Source: Candidatus Omnitrophota bacterium (GTDB lineage Bacteria; Omnitrophota; Gorgyraeia; Gygaellales; Profunditerraquicolaceae). Taken from it: 64,000 bases of DNA. Positions 37,363-46,170 of the stretch are shown one piece after another; the stretch's first letter is position 1, and each line of letters starts with the position of its first letter. The translations under genes were made by a program, and so were the position numbers. The notes beneath the pieces are model-generated. The model was not told the DNA's origin. It did not search any database and was given only the letters and a program-made list of their open reading frames with translations. The stretch spans positions 984,359 through 1,048,358 of the forward strand of contig CAWDSS010000010.1 of assembly GCA_963805065.1 (NCBI GenBank). The letters are read 5' to 3'.

Positions 37363-38378
37363 TGAATAAGTTAACCTATAAAAAAGCAGGGGTAGATATT
37401 TGTTCTGCAAATATCTTTAAGGGTAAGATAAAAACCTTAGTGAGAAAATCTTTCAGGCAGGAGGTATTGAAGGACATTGGCGGCTTCGGAAGTTTCTTTC
37501 GCATGCCAAAAGATAAATACAAGAATCCGGTTTTGGTTTCCTCTTCTGACGGAGTGGGCACAAAATTAAAGATAGCTAACCTGGTAAATAAGCACGATAC
37601 TGTGGGAATTGATGCAGTAGCCATGAATGTGAATGATATTCTTTGCACGGGCGCAGAGCCGTTATTCTTTCTGGACTACATTGCTTACAGCAAAGTAAAT
37701 CCCGAAGTATTATTTGAAGTGGTTAAAGGCTTGAATTCAGGTTGTATTGAGTCAGGGTGTTCTTTAATCGGCGGTGAAACAGCGCAAATGCCCGGCATGT
37801 ACAAGTTTGGAGAATACGATTTAGCGGGTTTTTGCGTGGGGGTAGTTGAGAGAAAGGCCATTATTGACGGCTCTAAGATTAAAGCGGGAGACCTGGTTAT
37901 AGGGCTTGAATCCAGCGGAATACATTCTAATGGTTATTCGTTGGTGAGAAAAATATTTTCTAATAATGAATTAAGGCGCATGAGCAAAGAATTACTTAAG
38001 CCTACAAGAATCTATGTCAAACCCGTACTATCTTTATTACGACCATCGACCATCGACCATCGACCATCGATTACCGGTATTGCTCATATTACAGGCGGGG
38101 CCTTTTACGATAAGATAAAACGTATATTACCAAATGATGTAAATGTCTGGATAAACAAAAATTCCTGGCCTGTGCCAAAAATATTTAAACTAATTCAGAA
38201 CAAAGGCAATATACAGGACAAAGAAATGTATCATACCTTTAATATGGGAATAGGTATGGTTTTGGTAGTTGAGCCTAGGATATCAAAAAATATAATAAAT
38301 AAACTTGCTCAATTTAAATTGAAGTCCTGGATTATTGGAGAAATATTGGCAGGCAAAAGGCAGGTAGAGATAGTTTAA
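37362..38378 (+). CDS. purM: Phosphoribosylformylglycinamidine cyclo-ligase (AIR synthase)
   Basis: LTYKKAGVDI, DGVGTK, DYIA, GGETAQMPG, AHITGGAF. Confidence 0.9.
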   Translation: MNKLTYKKAGVDICSANIFKGKIKTLVRKSFRQEVLKDIGGFGSFFRMPKDKYKNPVLVSSSDGVGTKLKIANLVNKHDTVGIDAVAMNVNDILCTGAEPLFFLDYIAYSKVNPEVLFEVVKGLNSGCIESGCSLIGGETAQMPGMYKFGEYDLAGFCVGVVERKAIIDGSKIKAGDLVIGLESSGIHSNGYSLVRKIFSNNELRRMSKELLKPTRIYVKPVLSLLRPSTIDHRPSITGIAHITGGAFYDKIKRILPNDVNVWINKNSWPVPKIFKLIQNKGNIQDKEMYHTFNMGIGMVLVVEPRISKNIINKLAQFKLKSWIIGEILAGKRQVEIV

Positions 38379-38577
38379 GTGAGGACATAAGTTATGGAGT
38401 CTTATATCCAAGGTAATGTAAAATGACATAACTTATATGTCCGAACTTATCCTTGACACGTAAGATTCAAAATGCGTGTCATCGAATTCGTGTCAAGGAT
38501 CTAATTCGCGCAGATAACCCAGCACATAAATTATGTGCTGGGTTATGCGCTCATTAAAAAAAGAGGGAGGGGTAAAA

Positions 38578-39447
38578 ATGAACTTATTTTATTCTTTACT
38601 GGGAGTGACGATATTTATATTTCTTATCGGGATCAGGATAGTCAGGCCTACGCATAGAGGCTTAATTGAAAGGTTCGGCAAATATAACCGCTTTGCCCAG
38701 CCTGGATTTAACTGGATTATGCCTATTGTAGAAGTCATGTATCAGGTAAATATAACCGAACAGATGGTTGATGCAGAGCCGCAGGAGATTATCACTAATG
38801 ATAACCTTAATGCTAAAGTAGATGCCCAGGTTTATTTTAAGGTTAAGGCTGATGAGGCAGATGTCAAGAGCTCCATTTACAATGTGAATAACTATCAGTG
38901 GCAGATAGTGAATTTGGCCCGCACAACCTTAAGAAACATTATCGGCACGCTTACTTTAAAATCCGCGAACAGCGAAAGAGGAAAGATTAATGCTGAGTTG
39001 CACAACACTCTTTGCCTTGAAACTGCAAACTGGGGATTAGAGATTGTGCGCACGGAATTAAAAGAGATTGATCCTCCAAAAGATGTCCAGGAAACAATGA
39101 ATAAGGTAGTTAAGGCAGAGAATGAGAAAATTGCGGCAATTGATTTTGCTACTGCTACTGAAACCGCTGCTGACGGGCAAAAGAGGGCAGAGATCAAGAA
39201 GGCCGAGGGCATAAAGCAGGCGCGTATTTTAGAGGCAGAAGGAGAAGCATTGGCGATTAAGTTGGTAAATGAAGCGGCAGAAAAATATTTTGTAGGAAAT
39301 GCCCAAGTGTTGCGAAAACTGGAGGCGGTTGAAAAGTCGTTGCAGAATAACGCAAAGATTGTGGTTCCCGCAAATACTGAGTTAGTCAATGTAATCGGTG
39401 AAATGGCCGGTTTTTTGCCGTTGAAGAAAGAAAAAGAATCGAAGTAA
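38578..39447 (+). CDS. SPFH/band-7 (stomatin/prohibitin-like) membrane protein
   Basis: N-terminal TM helix, SPFH core and an Ala/Glu-rich coiled tail. Start at MNLFY after gagggagggg, because the ORF-track start lies inside a 16-bp palindrome. Confidence 0.8.
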   Translation: MNLFYSLLGVTIFIFLIGIRIVRPTHRGLIERFGKYNRFAQPGFNWIMPIVEVMYQVNITEQMVDAEPQEIITNDNLNAKVDAQVYFKVKADEADVKSSIYNVNNYQWQIVNLARTTLRNIIGTLTLKSANSERGKINAELHNTLCLETANWGLEIVRTELKEIDPPKDVQETMNKVVKAENEKIAAIDFATATETAADGQKRAEIKKAEGIKQARILEAEGEALAIKLVNEAAEKYFVGNAQVLRKLEAVEKSLQNNAKIVVPANTELVNVIGEMAGFLPLKKEKESK

Positions 39448-39509
39448 AATAGATACCGTATTTGAAGTTTGCTCTTTGTAATGAATCTGTCGTTTTTCTT
39501 GCTCTATCG

Positions 39510-39685
39510 ATTTTGTGGGTCCTGCCGAGGCTTGTTTTCGCAGCATCGCTCGATTTTCCCCAGCGTGGAAAATCTTCGCTCAAGCTGAAGCCTTCGCTCT
39601 TGGTAAGTTCCCCTAAACGAGGCAAACCATGCCCGCTCCGGCTTCCTTATGTGCTGCTCAAATCAAGCCTCGTCACCCACAAAAT
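39510..39685. other. Long-range hairpin element A (176 nt), a candidate structured RNA or MITE
   Basis: attttgtgggt...gaggcttg (39510-39534) pairs with caagcctc...acccacaaaat (39664-39685). Further nested pairings: gcagca/tgctgc, gattttcc/ggaaaatc, gaagcc/ggcttc. Confidence 0.45.
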
Positions 39686-39817
39686 GAAGCAAGTGTCTTG
39701 AAAGCGAGTTAATAAAAATAATTAATGTTTCAAAGAAATAGTAAATAGGAGTTTAGCTATTAAAAACTTACTTTCTTTTAACCATTTAGATGATACTCAA
39801 TTTGAAGAATTTTATGC

Positions 39818-39979
39818 GTTTCGCTGAAGGCACATTAGAAAATTTTCGGCACAGCTATTAGTAGCAGTGCGCAAGGAATTACGCCGAACGAAAGGCAGCG
39901 CTTAAGCGTAAGTCACCATGACCGAAAGTGAGGCGTAAGCCGCAGCGCACGGCGAAAATTTTCAGTGCCGAAGCGAAAC
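39818..39979. other. Long-range hairpin element B (162 nt), ending 22 nt before the purD start
   Basis: gtttcgc..ggcac..gaaaattttc (39818-39848) pairs with gaaaattttc..gtgcc..gcgaaac (39953-39979). Internal gtgcgc/gcgcac and gcgcttaagcg hairpins. Confidence 0.45.
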
Positions 39980-40000
39980 CATAAAATTAAATTCGATAAT

Positions 40001-41275
40001 ATGAGAATATTAGTTATTGGATCTGGTGGCAGGGAGCATGCGCTGGTGTGGAAAATCGCGCAGTCTAAATTAGCGGATAAGATTTTTTGTGCTTCCGGAA
40101 ATGCCGGAATAGCGCAAATTGCCGAATGCATTGATATAAGAGCCGACGACATTCCGGGATTAATAGATTTTGCCAGAAGAGAAAAAATAGATTTGACTGT
40201 GGTCGGGCCAGAAGTCCCCTTAGCTTTAGGCATTGTAGATGAATTCAGCAATTATAAATTAAGGATATTCGGCCCGAATAAAAAAGCAGCGCAATTGGAG
40301 GGAAGTAAGGTATTTGCCAAGCAGTTAATGGCAAAATACAAAGTCCCTACCGCTGATTTTAAAGTTTTTGAGAGTGCAGATGAGTCCAAGAAGTATATAG
40401 AAAAAATCGGCGCTCCTTGTGTAGTAAAAGCCGATGGATTGGCGCAAGGTAAGGGCGTAGTAGTAGCTAAAACCATTGATGAGGCGAAACAGGCAGTAGA
40501 GTCCATGATGCAGCATAAGATATTCGGCGACGCAGGCAACAAGGTAATAATAGAGGAATGCCTTCAGGGCCAGGAAGCCTCAATACTGGTGATTACGGAT
40601 TCTAAAGAAGTTATTGCTTTAGCCTCAGCCCAGGATCATAAACGGGTGTTTGATAATGATCAGGGTCCTAATACTGGCGGGATGGGTGCATATTCCCCTG
40701 CCTCCGTAGTAACTAAAGAATTATTCAAAGAAATTTTAGACAAAATAGTATACCGCACAATAGATGGTTTAGTAAAAGAGGGCATAGATTACCGCGGAGT
40801 TTTGTATGCGGGAGTAATGCTTACTAAAGATGGCCCGAAGACTTTAGAATTTAATGTGCGTTTTGGCGATCCTGAAACACAGACGATTCTGCCCAGATTA
40901 AAATCGGATTTACTGGAAATAATGCTGGCGACAGCTGAACAAAAATTAAACCGTGTAAGAAATCTTGAATGGGATAACCGCGCTTGTGTCTGCGTGGTTT
41001 GCGCTGCAGGGGGCTATCCGGGAAATTATACAAAAGGAGAAGACATCTTTGGCTTAGATAAAGTAGACAAGATGAAAGATATTGTAGTTTTTCATGCAGG
41101 CACTAAGTTGCAGAATAATAAAGTTACCACTAATGGCGGGCGCGTCCTGGGAGTAACCGGTTTAGGCAACACCATAAAAGAGGCAATTGATAATACCTAT
41201 TTAGCATTAAACGAGATAAGCTTTAAGGGAATGCATTATAGGAAAGATATAGGTAGCAGGGCATTGCAAAGTTAA
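40001..41275 (+). CDS. purD: Phosphoribosylamine-glycine ligase
   Basis: MRILVIGSGGREHAL, ATP-grasp motifs, GPNTGGMGAY, RFGDPE. Confidence 0.9.
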   Translation: MRILVIGSGGREHALVWKIAQSKLADKIFCASGNAGIAQIAECIDIRADDIPGLIDFARREKIDLTVVGPEVPLALGIVDEFSNYKLRIFGPNKKAAQLEGSKVFAKQLMAKYKVPTADFKVFESADESKKYIEKIGAPCVVKADGLAQGKGVVVAKTIDEAKQAVESMMQHKIFGDAGNKVIIEECLQGQEASILVITDSKEVIALASAQDHKRVFDNDQGPNTGGMGAYSPASVVTKELFKEILDKIVYRTIDGLVKEGIDYRGVLYAGVMLTKDGPKTLEFNVRFGDPETQTILPRLKSDLLEIMLATAEQKLNRVRNLEWDNRACVCVVCAAGGYPGNYTKGEDIFGLDKVDKMKDIVVFHAGTKLQNNKVTTNGGRVLGVTGLGNTIKEAIDNTYLALNEISFKGMHYRKDIGSRALQS

Positions 41276-41367
41276 AAGTAAAAAGCCAAAAGGAAAAAGT
41301 GTAAGTAAAAAGTAAAAACTTTTAAATTTTAACTTAAACTTTTACCTTTTTGCTTTTAACTTTTGAC
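41271..41367. repeat. Imperfect hairpin built from heptamer units gNNaaaa (6-7 per arm). The right arm (41333-41364) is the exact reverse complement of 45099-45130.
   Basis: Read directly: gttaaaa gtaaaaa gccaaaa ggaaaaa gtgtaa gtaaaaa gtaaaaa / cttttaaatttt / reverse-complement arm. Confidence 0.8.
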
Positions 41368-41383
41368 TTTAATGGGAGGTATT

Positions 41384-41869
41384 ATGAAAAATTCCATCAG
41401 CATAATCATGGGAAGCCAATCGGATTTAGAAACAGTAAATGAGGCGATTAATTTATTGAAGGAATTCAAGGCGGCATTTGAAATAAAGGTTTTATCTGCG
41501 CATAGGACGCCTAAGGAATTGGCTCAATATGTAGAAAACGCGCAAAAAAATGGGATTAAGGTTTTTATTGCTGCTGCCGGCGGAGCTGCTGCCTTGGCAG
41601 GGGTCGTTGCTTCGCATACCACTTTACCGGTAATCGGCATACCTATTGAAACCAAAAGCCTAAAAGGCCTGGATTCATTGCTATCCACGGTGCAGATGCC
41701 CGCCGGTATTCCGGTTGCCAGCATGGCAATAGGCAAGGCCGGTGCTAAGAATGCAGCGATATTCGCACTGGAGATTCTGGGTGTTACAGACCGAAAGATA
41801 GAATCAAAACTACTGAAATACAAAAAAGAAATGAAAATAAAAATAAGAAAGCTGAAAGTTAATAGCTAA
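41384..41869 (+). CDS. purE: N5-carboxyaminoimidazole ribonucleotide mutase
   Basis: IIMGSQSDL, SAHRTP, AAGGAAALAGVVA motifs. Confidence 0.9.
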   Translation: MKNSISIIMGSQSDLETVNEAINLLKEFKAAFEIKVLSAHRTPKELAQYVENAQKNGIKVFIAAAGGAAALAGVVASHTTLPVIGIPIETKSLKGLDSLLSTVQMPAGIPVASMAIGKAGAKNAAIFALEILGVTDRKIESKLLKYKKEMKIKIRKLKVNS

Positions 41870-41871
41870 AA

Positions 41872-42933
41872 ATGACCTCCACCAAAATAGTAAAGCTTGA
41901 TCCGAGTCAGCCTGATTTAAACAGCATCAAACAAGCAGGCTCTATTTTAAAGAATGGTGGATTAGTGATTATGCCTACAGAAACCGTATACGGCATAGCA
42001 GCGAATAACTTAAATAAAAAAGCCATTGAAAGGCTATATGTAATCAAGAACAGGCCTAAGGATAAACTTTTTTCCCTGCATATCGATGATAAAAGAAAAA
42101 TTGAGGATTTCGCCACGGCTATACCGGTTTGCGCGTATAAGCTAATTGATAAATTCTGGCCCGGGCCTTTAACCATTATACTTAAATCAAAAAATAACGG
42201 AGGAATCGGCATACGTATGCCCGATGAGAAAATCGCCTTGAAAGTTATTGCTGAAGCAGGCGTTCCGTTGGTTTGTCCCTCTGCGAATATTTCCGGAGAG
42301 CCTGCGCCAAAGAATTTTGCGCAAGCCATAAAAGATTTGAACGGATTAGTTGATTTTGCCATAGATTCTGGTCCTACAAAAATAGGTATTGAATCCACAG
42401 TAGTGGACTTAACGCAAGACCCGCCTCGTGTTTTACGGGAGGGAGCAATAAAAAATGACGATATTCACGCGGTTGTCAGTAAAAAAATAGTTACCTTTGT
42501 CTGTACGGGTAATTCCTGCCGTTCTGTAATGGCTAAAGCGCTCTTGGAGAAAAAACTGGCAGAAAAAAATAGAAACGACGTAGAAGTCCTGTCTGCCGGA
42601 TTAATGCCGGTAGCAGGTTTTAGCGCAACAGAAGAAACAAAGACAGCCTTAAGGCAGGAAGGCATGGATGTTTCCTCTCACCGTTCCCAACGATTGACCT
42701 GGGATATGGCGGAAAAGTCAGACTTGATTCTGGTTATGGAAAAAGTACACGAAGAAAAAATCCTGGAGATGGCCCCGGATGTAAAAAATAGGCTTTTTTT
42801 ATTAAAGGAATTTGCTAAAATAAACAATAATAGCCTTGATATAGCTGACCCAATAGGAAAATCACAGGAATTTTACGGTCAGACATTTTTGATAATCAAA
42901 GAGGCGGTAGAAAGGGTGAGTAATTTAATATGA
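41872..42933 (+). CDS. tsaC: Fusion of L-threonylcarbamoyladenylate synthase (TsaC/Sua5 YrdC domain) with a low-molecular-weight protein phosphatase domain
   Basis: N-terminal PTETVYGIAAN and SAN.SG YrdC motifs. C-terminal VCTGNSCRS P-loop and a DP motif typical of LMW-PTP/arginine phosphatases. Confidence 0.75.
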   Translation: MTSTKIVKLDPSQPDLNSIKQAGSILKNGGLVIMPTETVYGIAANNLNKKAIERLYVIKNRPKDKLFSLHIDDKRKIEDFATAIPVCAYKLIDKFWPGPLTIILKSKNNGGIGIRMPDEKIALKVIAEAGVPLVCPSANISGEPAPKNFAQAIKDLNGLVDFAIDSGPTKIGIESTVVDLTQDPPRVLREGAIKNDDIHAVVSKKIVTFVCTGNSCRSVMAKALLEKKLAEKNRNDVEVLSAGLMPVAGFSATEETKTALRQEGMDVSSHRSQRLTWDMAEKSDLILVMEKVHEEKILEMAPDVKNRLFLLKEFAKINNNSLDIADPIGKSQEFYGQTFLIIKEAVERVSNLI

Positions 42934-43391
42934 GCCGAATAGCCATAGCTTGCGACCATGCAGGTTTCTTTTTAAAAGAAAAATTGAAGTCATACCTTAC
43001 TAAAAAGGGCATGAAAGTAAAAGATTTAGGCACGTATTCAAAAGAACGCTGCGATTATCCTGATTTTGCTTATGCATTAGCCAAGGAAGTTTCCCTCTCA
43101 AAAGTAAAACGGGGCATTTTAATATGTAAGAGCGGCATTGGCAATTCCATAGTAGCTAACAGACTCCCGGGTGTGCGTGCAGCATTATGCTATAACATAA
43201 AGGCAGCTAGGCTTTCGCGGGAGCATAATGATAGCAACGTCCTGGCGTTAGGTTCAGCTTTTGTAAATGAGAGTTTGGCAAAAAGAATTACTGCCGCCTG
43301 GCTTGCAGCCGGATTCAAAGGAGGCAGGCACAGAAGAAGACTTAATAAGATACGAAAAATCGAGAAAAAGATAAGGAGTGGATTAAAGTGA
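42930..43391 (+). CDS. rpiB: Ribose-5-phosphate isomerase B
   Basis: [40 protein letters not shown]. Confidence 0.85.
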   Translation: MSRIAIACDHAGFFLKEKLKSYLTKKGMKVKDLGTYSKERCDYPDFAYALAKEVSLSKVKRGILICKSGIGNSIVANRLPGVRAALCYNIKAARLSREHNDSNVLALGSAFVNESLAKRITAAWLAAGFKGGRHRRRLNKIRKIEKKIRSGLK

Positions 43392-44635
43392 AACATATCA
43401 AGGCAGTTGATCCGGAAATTTATCAGGTAATAAAGAACGAAATTAAAAGGCAGGATGATAACTTAGAGCTGATTGCTTCAGAGAATTTTACTTCCCTGGC
43501 AGTGCTGGAAGCGCAAGGATCTGTGCTTACTAATAAATACGCGGAAGGTTACCCTCGTCATCGCTGGTACGGCGGTTGCGAATATGTTGATGAAGCAGAG
43601 CATTTGGCAATTGAGCGGGCAAGAAAATTATTCCAGGCAGAACATGTTAATGTTCAGGCGCACTCCGGGACGCAGGCTAACATGGCGGTTTATTTTGCAG
43701 CACTGAATCTCGGGGATACGGTGTTAGCCATGGACTTGTCAGCAGGCGGTCATTTAACGCACGGCCATCCGCATAATTTTTCCGGAATGTTTTTTAATGT
43801 TATAGGCTACAGCGTAGACCGTAAGACAGAAATGCTGGACTACGATAAAATCCTGGACTTGGCAAAGAGGCATAAGCCAAAAATGATTCTGGCAGGTGCA
43901 TCAGCATACCCCAGAAAGATTGATTTTAAGAAATTCCGCCTGATTTGCGATAAAGTGGGCGCGTATCTTTTTGTGGATATGGCGCATATCGCAGGCTTAG
44001 TGGCAGCCGGCATACATATGTCGCCTGTGCCTTATGCAGAATTCGTTACTTCCACTACGCATAAGACGCTTCGCGGGCCTCGAGGGGGATTTGTTATCTG
44101 CAGAAAAGAGTTTGCCAAGAAAATCGATATGCAGATTTTCCCCGGAATCCAGGGCGGGCCGTTAATGCATGTTATTGCTGCAAAGGCAATAGCTTTTAAA
44201 GAAGCAATGAGCCCGAAATTTAAAGCATACCAGAGGCAAATTGTGAAAAATTCCAAAGAGCTCAGCAAAGCCTTGGCAAAGAAAGGATTCCGTATTGTTT
44301 CAGGCGGCACAGATACGCATTTGTTGCTTGTAGATTTAAGCAATAAAAGAATTACCGGAAGTGATGCCTCCAGGGTTCTGGAACAGGCAGGCATTACGGT
44401 CAATAAAAACCTCATACCTTTTGACCAGAAAAGCGCAGGTGTCACCAGCGGCATACGGCTGGGCACTGCTGCAGTTACAACCCGCGGGATGAAGGAAATA
44501 CACATGAGAAAGATTGCCCAGTTTCTAAGTAGCGCCATAGATTATAGCGATAATCCTGAGGAATTAAGCAAAATTAAATCAGAGGTATTAAGTTTAAACA
44601 AAAGATTTCCTTTGTATCCAGAGTTACAAAAATAG
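43388..44635 (+). CDS. glyA: Serine hydroxymethyltransferase
   Basis: [30 protein letters not shown]. Confidence 0.95.
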   Translation: MKHIKAVDPEIYQVIKNEIKRQDDNLELIASENFTSLAVLEAQGSVLTNKYAEGYPRHRWYGGCEYVDEAEHLAIERARKLFQAEHVNVQAHSGTQANMAVYFAALNLGDTVLAMDLSAGGHLTHGHPHNFSGMFFNVIGYSVDRKTEMLDYDKILDLAKRHKPKMILAGASAYPRKIDFKKFRLICDKVGAYLFVDMAHIAGLVAAGIHMSPVPYAEFVTSTTHKTLRGPRGGFVICRKEFAKKIDMQIFPGIQGGPLMHVIAAKAIAFKEAMSPKFKAYQRQIVKNSKELSKALAKKGFRIVSGGTDTHLLLVDLSNKRITGSDASRVLEQAGITVNKNLIPFDQKSAGVTSGIRLGTAAVTTRGMKEIHMRKIAQFLSSAIDYSDNPEELSKIKSEVLSLNKRFPLYPELQK

Positions 44636-44637
44636 AT

Positions 44638-45129
44638 ATGAAGAAAACTACACAACAAAGGCCTAGCTGGGATGAATATTTTTTAGAAGTAGCGCATTTA
44701 GTGGCTAAAAGGTCGACCTGCCTACGGCGTAGCGTGGGTGCAGTCTTAGTCAAGGATAAAAGAATCCTGGCTACGGGTTACAATGGCGCTCCATCAGGGC
44801 TTAAGCATTGTGTTGATATTGGTTGCCTGCGTCAAAAGCTTAATATCCCATCAGGCGAGCGCCACGAATTATGCAGGGCTTTACACGCAGAGCAGAATGC
44901 GCTTATCCAGGCTTCGCTTTACGGTATAAGTGTCAAGGACAGCATTCTTTATGCCACTAATCAGCCCTGTGTTATTTGCGCTAAGATGTTAATTAATGCC
45001 GGGATAAAGGAAATTGTTATAGCTTCAGGATATCCGGATAAGTTGGCGATGGACTTTTTGAAGGAAGCTAAGATTAGAATAAGAAACACAGAAAAGTTAA
45101 AAGTTAAAAGCAAAAAGGTAAAAGTTTAA
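44638..45129 (+). CDS. dCMP deaminase (ComEB family). The C-terminal 12 aa are encoded by a heptamer-repeat tract.
   Basis: HAEQNA and PCVICAK zinc motifs. The tail [12 protein letters not shown] is encoded by 45091-45130. Confidence 0.85.
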   Translation: MKKTTQQRPSWDEYFLEVAHLVAKRSTCLRRSVGAVLVKDKRILATGYNGAPSGLKHCVDIGCLRQKLNIPSGERHELCRALHAEQNALIQASLYGISVKDSILYATNQPCVICAKMLINAGIKEIVIASGYPDKLAMDFLKEAKIRIRNTEKLKVKSKKVKV

Positions 45130-45130
45130 G
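45091..45130 (+). repeat. Heptamer tract (gaaaagt taaaagt taaaagc aaaaagg taaaagt ttaag). 45099-45130 is identical to the reverse complement of 41333-41364.
   Basis: 32-nt exact match read by hand. Confidence 0.8.
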
Positions 45131-45136
45131 ATAGAG

Positions 45137-45207
45137 GAAGAAAAGGGGACGTTTCTATTTTTAACGTCTCCGGTTTAACAGAAAAATAGAAACGTCCCCT
45201 TTTCTTC
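45137..45207. repeat. Perfect 26-bp-stem hairpin with a 19-nt loop
   Basis: gaagaaaaggggacgtttctattttt (45137-45162) and its exact reverse complement (45182-45207). Confidence 0.85.
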
Positions 45208-45259
45208 TGGCTTTAGGCTGAGGAATATTCATTTCTTTAGTTTGAGGAGCGAAGCGACG

Positions 45260-45739
45260 ATGAAGTGTCCATTTTGCGGTTATAAGGAAGACAAGGTAGT
45301 TGATTCGCGTTCGACCGCCGAAGAGTCGGCAGTCAGGCGAAGGAGAGAATGCCTTAAGTGCGGCAAACGTTTTACTACTTATGAATATGTAGAAGAAGTT
45401 TCGCTTATGGTGATAAAAAAAGACGGCAGGCGCGAGCCGTTTGACCGAAAGAAAATTTTGTCAGGGATAATAAAGGCTTGCGAGAAAAGGCCTGTTAGCA
45501 TAGAGAAGATGGAGGATGTCTTAACGCAGGTAGAGCGCGCCATTCAGAAGAAGTCCGATAGAGAAATATCTGCTTCCCGCATCGGAGAGCTAGTAATGGA
45601 AAAGTTAAAATCGCTGGATGATGTGGCCTATGTGAGGTTTGCTTCGGTTTACAGGCAATTTAAGGATGTCGGCCAATTCATGCAGGAATTAAAAGATATG
45701 CTGGATAAGGAAAAATCGGTTTTGAAAAGGAGAAATTAA
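45260..45739 (+). CDS. nrdR: Transcriptional repressor NrdR
   Basis: MKCPFCG...C.KCG zinc ribbon plus ATP-cone. Confidence 0.9.
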   Translation: MKCPFCGYKEDKVVDSRSTAEESAVRRRRECLKCGKRFTTYEYVEEVSLMVIKKDGRREPFDRKKILSGIIKACEKRPVSIEKMEDVLTQVERAIQKKSDREISASRIGELVMEKLKSLDDVAYVRFASVYRQFKDVGQFMQELKDMLDKEKSVLKRRN

Positions 45740-45742
45740 TAT

Positions 45743-46153
45743 ATGGTAGAAATGGAATTGAATAAAATAGTTATTGATGAGAAAAGGCATGACCAGCTTA
45801 TCGTGCTAAAGGAAAAAGAAGGTGTCCGGGTTTTGCCCATTGTCATAGGCTTGGCTGAGGCCTCAGCCATAAAATTAAAGATTAGCGGTTTTAACCCGCC
45901 CCGCCCCCTGACTCACGATTTGCTGCATTCAACGATAGAGAATCTGGAAGCCAGCATCGAGAAAATTATTATCGACAAATTAGAAGAAAACACCTTCCAT
46001 GCAAAAATCGTCCTTAAGACCGCAAATAATTCCACCAAAATTATCGATGCGCGTCCCTCTGACAGCATTGCCCTGGCAGTAAGGGCACATGCGCCCATAT
46101 TTGTCGAAGACGAAATTATCAAACAATCAGAAATCTTTAATAAACAGAAATAA
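45743..46153 (+). CDS. Bifunctional nuclease family protein (DUF151)
   Basis: LPIVIG..EA, RPLTHDL and ARPSDSIALA motifs. Confidence 0.7.
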   Translation: MVEMELNKIVIDEKRHDQLIVLKEKEGVRVLPIVIGLAEASAIKLKISGFNPPRPLTHDLLHSTIENLEASIEKIIIDKLEENTFHAKIVLKTANNSTKIIDARPSDSIALAVRAHAPIFVEDEIIKQSEIFNKQK

Positions 46154-46170
46154 ACAGCAAGGTATCTATT

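Noticed and set aside
39386-39701. Two overlapping 79-aa ORFs (39462-39701 + and 39386-39625 -) in the purD upstream gap
   Set aside because: They overlap each other on opposite strands and lack an RBS. Their sequence is explained by the long-range helices of hairpin element A. They were treated as non-coding.
39818-39979. Known purine-pathway riboswitch (purine/xpt, ZTP/pfl, PRPP-ykkC) upstream of purD
   Set aside because: I could not find the conserved cores I remember for these classes, such as the CCGCCUGGGC-like ZTP 3' element or the purine three-way junction loops. It is left as an unclassified structured element pending a covariance-model scan.
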